Virus record (IMG/VR): IMGVR_UViG_3300034220_000009
Span: 1 to 49,368 of that record
Direction: 5' to 3' (one strand)
Source of the DNA: a virus
Length of the DNA: 49,368 nt
Below, in pieces: positions 19,198 through 24,026 of this stretch; positions within the stretch are counted from its first letter, which is position 1, and each line of letters begins with the position of its first letter. A program made the position numbers and the translations under genes. The notes under the pieces are model-generated. The model ran no database searches, was not told the DNA's origin, and was given only the letters and a program-made list of their open reading frames with translations.

Positions 19198-19404
19198 TCA
19201 ACGCTCACTTGCCACCGCCTTTCCACGCCGGGAGATGCGTCCACCCTTCGCGCCGGCGATCCGGGCCAGCTCGCGGTTGCTGAAGAAGCCGCCAGTCGTA
19301 CCCGCCTTCCCACCCATCGCGCCGATCCTCGCGTAAAAGTCAGCGCCATACTTCTTCTTGTTCGTCTCGGCGGCGCTGCGTCCACCTGTTTTTGTTCCTG
19401 CCAT
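19198..19404 (-). CDS. KGG-repeat (YciG/GsiB-like general stress) protein (68 aa)
   Basis: GGRSAAETNKKKYGADFYARIGAMGGKAG and FFSNRELARIAGAKGGRISRRG match the stress-induced KGG repeat pattern (G-x-RGFASM...A-x-K-GG), from memory of the family. Confidence 0.6.
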   Translation of the reverse strand: MAGTKTGGRSAAETNKKKYGADFYARIGAMGGKAGTTGGFFSNRELARIAGAKGGRISRRGKAVASER

Positions 19405-19430
19405 ACAATCCTTTCGTTATTGCACTTATC

Positions 19431-19760
19431 CTACTCCACGCACCGACGGTCTTTTTTCTTGTCGAAGCACTGGCCGATGGAATTGCCGTGGGGGCAGAGC
19501 TTTGTTTTTTTAGCCTTTGAAGCCGGTGGCTGCATCGGCGGGATACTCATGCCTTCGATCTCCGGTACGGCCATCGGAATCACGCCTTTGTCAGTCAATG
19601 GTGTCTTTTCGATATCGGCCAGTCCATCGATATCCGTTTGCTTCATGGCGTAAATACGATACTGCTGATCACCGCGAACTATCGTAACTGTTTCGCCGGT
19701 ATCGGCAGCATCAAGGGCTTCTTTCAATTTCTGACGTAGGTTCCGGACGTTTATGATCAT
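19431..19760 (-). CDS. Phd/YefM-like N-terminal domain protein, putative DNA-binding regulator (109 aa)
   Basis: MIINVRNLRQKLKEALDAADTGETVTIVRGDQQYRIYAM resembles the antitoxin-fold N-terminus. The C-terminus carries CPHGNSIGQC...C. ATG 19760 is chosen because the 21 upstream codons are translated GTGTACAC palindromes. Confidence 0.5.
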   Translation of the reverse strand: MIINVRNLRQKLKEALDAADTGETVTIVRGDQQYRIYAMKQTDIDGLADIEKTPLTDKGVIPMAVPEIEGMSIPPMQPPASKAKKTKLCPHGNSIGQCFDKKKDRRCVE

Positions 19761-19823
19761 GTGTACACAGTATCGTAGTGTGTACACACTTGCAAGGATT
19801 TTTGTGTACACACCCGTGTACAC
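19761..19823. promoter_or_regulatory. Operator-like array: four GTGTACAC palindromes
   Basis: GTGTACAC at 19761, 19780 (within the 12-bp palindrome GTGTGTACACAC), 19804 and 19816 (CGTGTACACG). They abut the start codon of the Phd-like gene. Confidence 0.7.
19767..19795 (-). promoter_or_regulatory. Putative leftward promoter giving a leaderless mRNA
   Basis: Minus strand: TTGCAA (19795..19790), 17 nt, TACTGT (19772..19767), then 6 nt (gtacac) and ATG at 19760. Two palindromes overlap it. Confidence 0.45.
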
Positions 19824-19862
19824 GGTACTGTGGGTCTACTCAAAAAATTTTCTAGCTATATA

Positions 19863-20330
19863 TAACAGGGGTCAGATAGGCATACTTGAAATTTTTTGTA
19901 GGTATGGGGGCGGTGAGGAGGCTATCTATATAGATATCGACACCGGCCGCAAGCTTTTCCGGGTGGCGGGGGGGTTCGAGGTCGCCTGTTGACAAGAGGT
20001 TAATATCATTACAGAACGATACACTCACCCCTGTTAAAGATGATGTATATACACGGCCATAATGGGCGGCATACGCTACAGATGGCACGAAATACGGGGC
20101 GCTGACCCCTGTTAGCGTCGCACATTCATCATTGTGCGCCTTCAACGCCAACGCATCACCTTGAGACACGACCATTAACAGGGGTGGAAGCAGGGCGAAA
20201 TCCATTCACCCCCGTTGAATGTCCGCATAATCTACCCATTGATTAACACTCATATACACACGATCTATTTGTATACGTGTATGTATATATGTGGATAAGT
20301 TAGCACGGGCTGGATTCGTAACCCCTGTTA
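19863..20330. repeat. Iteron array: five exact ACCCCTGTTA 10-mers in both orientations plus one degenerate copy
   Basis: Plus orientation at 20027, 20105 and 20321. Minus orientation (TAACAGGGGT) at 19863 and 20176. Degenerate ACCCCCGTTG at 20208. Confidence 0.85.
19923..19936. repeat. 14-bp perfect palindrome TATCTATATAGATA
   Basis: Read directly. It sits between A/T tracts (AAAAAATTTT near 19846, AAATTTTTT near 19890) in the control region. Confidence 0.8.
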
Positions 20331-20340
20331 CTCTACGTTG

Positions 20341-20370
20341 TCCGCACATTGGTATTGACAATCTCCGCAC
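20341..20370 (+). promoter_or_regulatory. Pair of TCCGCAC heptamers (23-bp spacing) flanking the -35 of the early promoter
   Basis: TCCGCAC at 20341..20347 and 20364..20370. An inverted partial copy GCGGACA lies at 20392..20398. Confidence 0.7.
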
Positions 20371-20383
20371 GCTGGCAGATACT
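20355..20383 (+). promoter_or_regulatory. Rightward early promoter (sigma70-type)
   Basis: TTGACA (20355..20360), 17 nt, GATACT (20378..20383). It is the first plus-strand signal upstream of the early operon. Confidence 0.65.
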
Positions 20384-20460
20384 AGGGGCTAGCGGACAGG
20401 CAGCCACCGCCACCACCGATACAAGGGGTAAAAACAGGCAGCACACACACAAATACTAAT

Positions 20461-20495
20461 ACGGCTCATCAATCGAAGTTAAGCCGTTTAACAAT
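20461..20495 (+). promoter_or_regulatory. Leader hairpin plus boxA-like TTTAACAAT upstream of the first early gene
   Basis: ACGGCT (20461..20466) pairs with AGCCGT (20482..20487). It is followed by TTTAACAAT (20487..20495), then GGAGG and ATG at 20511. Confidence 0.5.
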
Positions 20496-20510
20496 CTGGA
20501 GGTCATCACA

Positions 20511-20669
20511 ATGCGTGATATCTACCCATCAATCAAAGCACGGCAGGATAGCCGGACAGGATTGACCCAGCGGCAGATGGCAATCATTGACGGCATGTAC
20601 GGCGCTTGCGTCGTCATCAGCATGACGGTCATCGGCTGGACGGGATACACCCTACTAGCGCTAATCTAG
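20511..20669 (+). CDS. Small membrane protein (52 aa), first early gene
   Basis: GGAGG lies 8 nt upstream of the ATG. MRDIYPSIKARQDSRTGLTQRQMAIIDGMYGACVVISMTVIGWTGYTLLALI. It is below the ORF-track size cut-off. Confidence 0.6.
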   Translation: MRDIYPSIKARQDSRTGLTQRQMAIIDGMYGACVVISMTVIGWTGYTLLALI

Positions 20670-20740
20670 CGGAACGCTAGGCCGCCGGAACACTCCGGCA
20701 GCCTGTGGGCTTCACTAGTCCAGTACATTCACAAACAATA
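20667..20740 (+). repeat. Conserved early intergenic cassette, copy 1
   Basis: TAGCG-GAA-CGCTA (20667..20679). Hairpin GGCCGCCGG-AACACT-CCGGCAGCC (20680..20703). Then TGTGGGC, CACTAGTC (20713..20720) and TACATTCACAAACAAT (20724..20739). Confidence 0.85.
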
Positions 20741-20741
20741 A

Positions 20742-20755
20742 TTGCGGACAGATTG
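20742..20755. repeat. Inverted repeat A, left arm (TTGCGGACAGATTG)
   Basis: Perfect reverse complement of 21079..21092. It extends to 17 bp if one G-U pair is allowed. Confidence 0.9.
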
Positions 20756-20778
20756 TCAATCATAACGAAAGGACAATC

Positions 20779-21054
20779 ATGTTAGTACCAATTATCGAGC
20801 AAATGGAAGTCAGCGACATACATGCTTTAATCGGCATGAGCGTCATACTATTTGTAAAGATGCGGCTAGCAGGCGTGGACGTTGTAGTAAGCGGCAGTTA
20901 CGATATTGCCACGAACAACTTTAGTCCTACAGCCATACAGCAGGACGCCAGCGATGCAGGCACAAGTATAAAAGACTTTTGCGAATCGATGGAATGGGAT
21001 ACCGTAGGCACTCGACGTGAGATACAGCTAGCTGTAAACAACCGAGACTACTAG
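20779..21054 (+). CDS. Early hypothetical protein (91 aa)
   Basis: AAAGGA RBS upstream. The ORF is bracketed by inverted repeat A. Confidence 0.65.
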   Translation: MLVPIIEQMEVSDIHALIGMSVILFVKMRLAGVDVVVSGSYDIATNNFSPTAIQQDASDAGTSIKDFCESMEWDTVGTRREIQLAVNNRDY

Positions 21055-21078
21055 CAGCACGTCACCCATTGTGGGTGG

Positions 21079-21092
21079 CAATCTGTCCGCAA
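21079..21092. repeat. Inverted repeat A, right arm (CAATCTGTCCGCAA)
   Basis: Reverse complement of 20742..20755. Confidence 0.9.
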
Positions 21093-21108
21093 GCGAAAGG
21101 GGTAATCC

Positions 21109-21252
21109 ATGGGTATGACCTATGAATTGCAAGGCACTTTACCAACCGTACGGACTCTGACAGCGGAGGACTACGCATTTATAGATGCGTGCGCCACGCC
21201 TTACGAGCCTATGCCGACAGTATCGGCGGCAGATATGGCGGTGGCACTATGA
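21109..21252 (+). CDS. Early hypothetical protein (47 aa)
   Basis: AAAGGGG RBS. MGMTYELQGTLPTVRTLTAEDYAFIDACATPYEPMPTVSAADMAVAL. The stop overlaps the next start (ATGA). It is preferred over the GTG-extended frame of ORF 21189..21617. Confidence 0.5.
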   Translation: MGMTYELQGTLPTVRTLTAEDYAFIDACATPYEPMPTVSAADMAVAL

Positions 21253-21617
21253 AGGCGTTTAACTTCATCACGATGACAGAGTACGGCGGCCGCAACGCAC
21301 TGTTGGAAGGCAACGGCGATTTACCGGCGTTTGCATCATTCAATCAATTGCGTGATAGCGGCTATATGGTGAAAAAAGGCGCAAAATCCGTCAGTATCTT
21401 TTGCGGCTATCGCCAGCGGAAGGATAAGACAACAGGCAAGATGACGACAGTACCCACGTCCGGCCGAGTGTTCGACATCATCGACACGACCGCCGCCGAC
21501 GATAAGGGATATATAAAACATCTGAAGGCCGAAATCAAAAAAGGTAGGGTCAAGCCATCGCCAGCCGAAGCCGAAGCAATGGCAGGGGCGGCAGTGATGG
21601 AAGCATTGACAGCCTAG
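21249..21617 (+). CDS. ArdC-N (DUF1738)-like ssDNA-binding/antirestriction-type domain protein (122 aa)
   Basis: GGRNALLEGNGDLPAFASFNQLRDSGYMVKKGAKSVSIF resembles the ArdC N-terminal pattern (...G-x-N...-F-x-Q-...-G-x-V-x-K-G-E-K), from motif memory. Confidence 0.45.
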   Translation: MKAFNFITMTEYGGRNALLEGNGDLPAFASFNQLRDSGYMVKKGAKSVSIFCGYRQRKDKTTGKMTTVPTSGRVFDIIDTTAADDKGYIKHLKAEIKKGRVKPSPAEAEAMAGAAVMEALTA

Positions 21618-21686
21618 CAGAGCGCTACAGCGCCGGAATACTCCGGCACTGTATGGGCTTTACTAGTCCAGCACATTAAAACTAAT
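21615..21686 (+). repeat. Conserved early intergenic cassette, copy 2
   Basis: Starts on stop codon TAG. TAGC-AGAGC-GCTA. Hairpin CTACAGCGCCGG-AATACT-CCGGCACTGTAT. Then TGGGC, TACTAGTC and CACATTAAAACTAAT. Confidence 0.85.
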
Positions 21687-21699
21687 CAGAGGTAATAGC

Positions 21700-21906
21700 A
21701 TGTACATAGCTATCAGCCAATTTAATGACGTGGTGGTTTTGAACAAGCACCCGCGCAAGGAATTGCGGGATCTATACGGCCGTTCGGAACATACGAAGAT
21801 ACAGAAAATGTATCGAGATAAGGCCGACGGCGGCAGTAAACACGTCGGTTACGTTATCGACGGCTTATGGTTCACCTTATTTGAAGCCAAGCCATACGAA
21901 CGATAG
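21700..21906 (+). CDS. Early hypothetical protein (68 aa)
   Basis: AGAGG RBS. ORF ends in the TAG of cassette 3. Confidence 0.65.
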   Translation: MYIAISQFNDVVVLNKHPRKELRDLYGRSEHTKIQKMYRDKADGGSKHVGYVIDGLWFTLFEAKPYER

Positions 21907-21979
21907 CGACGCACTACAGCGCCGGACACTCCGGCGTTGTATGGGCGGCACTAGTCACCCAGTACTTTAATAAACAAAT
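21904..21979 (+). repeat. Conserved early intergenic cassette, copy 3
   Basis: Starts on stop codon TAG. Hairpin TACAGCGCCGG-ACACT-CCGGCGTTGTA. Then TGGGC, CACTAGTC and TACTTTAATAAACAAAT. Confidence 0.85.
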
Positions 21980-21998
21980 CTTGTGCGCTCATTGTCAG
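21980..21998. repeat. Inverted repeat B, left arm (CTTGTGCGCTCATTGTCAG)
   Basis: 19-bp perfect reverse complement of 22264..22282. Confidence 0.95.
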
Positions 21999-22018
21999 TA
22001 ATAAGACAAGGGGCGTAT

Positions 22019-22243
22019 ATGTACAATCTAATCGATATCAGTCAAAACACGAACATTGACCAAGCGTCAGAGCTTGTGGACTTGTTCCGCAAGCTGGACA
22101 AATACACCGAAGCAGGCAAGCCGGTAGTCATCGTAAAAGATGGCGAAATCAAGGCCGGTAACAGTCTGGCGTGGTCATGGTCAAGGGTTCATGACTTTCA
22201 GATAGGCGAGGGCATGGAGTACCGGCCATATACGAACGATTGA
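22019..22243 (+). CDS. Early hypothetical protein (74 aa)
   Basis: ATG 22019 is preceded by AAGGGG. The ORF is bracketed by inverted repeat B. Confidence 0.65.
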   Translation: MYNLIDISQNTNIDQASELVDLFRKLDKYTEAGKPVVIVKDGEIKAGNSLAWSWSRVHDFQIGEGMEYRPYTND

Positions 22244-22263
22244 TACACGCCAGCGGTTTACCG

Positions 22264-22282
22264 CTGACAATGAGCGCACAAG
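22264..22282. repeat. Inverted repeat B, right arm (CTGACAATGAGCGCACAAG)
   Basis: Reverse complement of 21980..21998. It is preceded by the local hairpin CAGCGG-TTTA-CCGCTG (22251..22266). Confidence 0.95.
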
Positions 22283-22316
22283 AGTAAGGGCGAAAGCCTA
22301 GAAAACGGAGCAAATC

Positions 22317-22721
22317 GTGATAGAACCTCTGACGAAATCAGAACGGGAAGAAACGGCGGCCGAATTGCGCAAGCTGTTACGTGGGCATCATGAGATATTG
22401 ACACTTGCGGAATGGCGAGGTAGCACGGCATATGTACGGCTATTCATCGTCAAACACAATCGACTGATTAACATCACGTCAAATGCAGGTGTGGCGATGG
22501 GCGAACGCATCAGCCACCGGCCAAGTCAGCCGTACGGATTCAAACGGGGCGGCTACGGATACGGACGTGAGTTTGATGTAGTGTACGGACTAGGCCGGAC
22601 GCTGTACCCAAAAGGCCACAAGCACACCGTGAAGCATTGTCACAGCAACGATCATAGCAACGGCGACAAACGTGCATGGCATCCTGACGGCGGTTACAAA
22701 TTTAATCAGCGAAGTATCTAA
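22317..22721 (+). CDS. Early hypothetical protein (134 aa)
   Basis: GTG start with GGAG 7 nt upstream. His/Gly/Lys-rich C-terminal half. Confidence 0.6.
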   Translation: MIEPLTKSEREETAAELRKLLRGHHEILTLAEWRGSTAYVRLFIVKHNRLINITSNAGVAMGERISHRPSQPYGFKRGGYGYGREFDVVYGLGRTLYPKGHKHTVKHCHSNDHSNGDKRAWHPDGGYKFNQRSI

Positions 22722-22951
22722 TGGCAGATAGCAAATACTATCAGGTAGTGCGATTCAGTCAAAAAAACGGACGTGGCAGAGTGCAGGCCAAGAATCTTAC
22801 GCTAGAACAGGCGAGAAAATGGTGCAATGACCCGCAAACGTCCAGCCATACAGCGGACAAGCCGCGCGGATGCGGCGGCGATGAAGCGATGATACAGCGA
22901 TGGAACGAAAAAGATAAACACTGGTTTGACGGCTACGAACAAATGCGATAG
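22721..22951 (+). CDS. Early hypothetical protein (76 aa)
   Basis: TAATG overlap with the upstream gene. Ends in the TAG of cassette 4. Confidence 0.65.
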   Translation: MADSKYYQVVRFSQKNGRGRVQAKNLTLEQARKWCNDPQTSSHTADKPRGCGGDEAMIQRWNEKDKHWFDGYEQMR

Positions 22952-23020
22952 CGGCACGCTAGGCCGTCCCACAGCGGGGCGGCCAATGGGTGACACTAGT
23001 CATCGGAACATTTAAACAAT
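22949..23020 (+). repeat. Conserved early intergenic cassette, copy 4
   Basis: TAGCG-GCA-CGCTA. Hairpin GGCCGTCCC-ACAGC-GGGGCGGCC (different stem sequence, same pairing). Then ATGGGT, CACTAGTC and AACATTTAAACAAT. Confidence 0.85.
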
Positions 23021-23030
23021 AGGGGGCTGT

Positions 23031-23387
23031 ATGTCAAAAGACGTTGCAGTAATACGAGACAATGACGACAAGTATATGTATCTGGTCGGTACTGATTATC
23101 CGATTGATACGCCACGGTTGGAAGAGGTCGGATACAAGCTGGAGGGCTGGCTAAGGCATAGCGAACAGTGGCAGGCCGATGATGGTTTGTACGATAAATC
23201 GGAGCCGGATAACGACCTGCTGGACGATGAGTCATACCACGGACCGCTATTCACGAACTGTATGCACCAGGTCGACCCGAACGACAAGACAGACAGCGGA
23301 TTGTGCAATGTGATGATAGCAATGTCATATGAAGGCGGCGCGCCGACATATTGCACACCGCACGAAGAATTGCACGAAGACGAATAG
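23031..23387 (+). CDS. Early hypothetical acidic protein (118 aa)
   Basis: AGGGGG RBS. Ends in the TAG of cassette 5. Confidence 0.65.
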   Translation: MSKDVAVIRDNDDKYMYLVGTDYPIDTPRLEEVGYKLEGWLRHSEQWQADDGLYDKSEPDNDLLDDESYHGPLFTNCMHQVDPNDKTDSGLCNVMIAMSYEGGAPTYCTPHEELHEDE

Positions 23388-23454
23388 CGATACGCTAGGC
23401 TGGCCGAACTATCGGCCGGCCGGTGGGTATCACTACCCGAACATTAACAATTTT
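23385..23454 (+). repeat. Conserved early intergenic cassette, copy 5
   Basis: TAGCG-ATA-CGCTA. Hairpin GGCTGGCCGA-ACTA-TCGGCCGGCC. Then GTGGGT, CACTACCC and AACATTAACAATTTT. Confidence 0.8.
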
Positions 23455-23469
23455 AGTGGAGGTTTGCAC

Positions 23470-23682
23470 ATGCGGACACTTCTATCAAACATAACGCCGG
23501 ACTGGCGTGGTCAACTCGTAAGCGCATCCGATGAATACGATGCAGCACGGATAGGACGAGAGGTTAGTATCAAGTCGCTAGTCAGAGGACGACCGGCGCA
23601 CTATAGCGAGGAACGGAACGGCGAAAAGTGTAGCATCATAATCTATTGCTTCGGCAACGTCTACGAGTTGCGAGCGGCATGA
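23470..23682 (+). CDS. Early hypothetical protein (70 aa)
   Basis: ATG 23470 is preceded by GGAGG. The longer ORF from 23329 runs through cassette 5. Confidence 0.6.
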   Translation: MRTLLSNITPDWRGQLVSASDEYDAARIGREVSIKSLVRGRPAHYSEERNGEKCSIIIYCFGNVYELRAA

Positions 23683-23723
23683 GATATGGCTGGCAAGCGA
23701 TACTAGCGGCTGGCGCTATCTGG

Positions 23724-24026
23724 CTAACCGTCGCCGTCAACACTGTCCGACGGCTGGCCGGTTGAGCAAACGGCGTTCATACAAACCCCATTAACTTCTA
23801 CACGAGAGCAGGCCGGACACAATCCGGCCTGTATCTTTTTATCATCAATGATCGCGGAGCGTCGCTGGCGGTAAATGCGCTTCGGAGCCTTACCCATATC
23901 ATCCATATGCAGCCGCACGAGCCTGTCACCGTACGCTATATCAACATATGCGCCGGTGTCACGCATGAGCCGGGTGAATATGTGGAAGTGTTTTTTAAAC
24001 TGATACAGCGTCAAGGGGCGCGCCAT
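23724..24026 (-). CDS. Hypothetical protein (100 aa) with C-terminal Cys cluster
   Basis: CPACSRVEVNGVCMNAVC suggests a zinc-ribbon-like motif. It is the second gene of the leftward island. Confidence 0.55.
   Translation of the reverse strand: MARPLTLYQFKKHFHIFTRLMRDTGAYVDIAYGDRLVRLHMDDMGKAPKRIYRQRRSAIIDDKKIQAGLCPACSRVEVNGVCMNAVCSTGQPSDSVDGDG

Noticed and set aside
19198-19760. The Phd/YefM-like gene plus its downstream gene as a toxin-antitoxin pair.
   Set aside because: The downstream ORF is a KGG stress-repeat protein, not a Doc, RelE or other toxin fold. The Phd-like protein is better explained as an operator-binding regulator.
19955-19990. tRNA-like GGTTCGAGG T-loop motif (gggggttcgaggtcgcc).
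   Set aside because: The flanking bases cannot form a T-stem, acceptor stem or anticodon arm. No cloverleaf could be drawn.
19852-20205. A 117-aa minus-strand ORF covering most of the iteron region; its LTGVS repeats are translated iterons.
   Set aside because: The 10-mers occur in both orientations and continue outside the ORF. Third-position usage is less biased than in neighbouring genes, and the only purine-rich stretch is 3 nt from the ATG. I treat it as non-coding. An origin embedded in a real gene, as in lambda O, cannot be excluded without homologues.
20710-20722. The cassette core (GGGTGACACTAGTC, GGCTTCACTAGTC) resembles SP6/T7/T3 single-subunit RNA polymerase promoters (..GACACTATAG.., ..CTCACTATAG..).
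   Set aside because: No ORF in the genome shows T7-like RNAP motifs (DxSxSGxQH, HDS) or multisubunit DPBB motifs. The match is only about 8-10 nt. Kept as a curiosity only.
21076-21108. The right arms of the inverted repeats (TGGCAATCTGTCCGCAA, CTGACAATGAGCGCACAAG) as additional sigma70 promoters, because they resemble the -35/heptamer module of the early promoter.
   Set aside because: No acceptable -10 hexamer lies at 16-19 nt downstream in either case. The similarity is more likely a shared protein-binding site or common ancestry.
21189-21617. The single 142-aa ORF from the track (GTG start) instead of two genes.
   Set aside because: Its first 20 residues (MRHALRAYADSIGGRYGGGT) look off-frame. 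An alternative 47-aa ORF with a good RBS ends in an ATGA overlap exactly at the internal ATG (21249).
20667-23454. The early cassettes as ordinary rho-independent terminators.
   Set aside because: None has a downstream U-tract, whereas the three clear terminators in this genome (10900, 39609, 42353) all do. The conserved single-stranded boxes argue for a more specific role.
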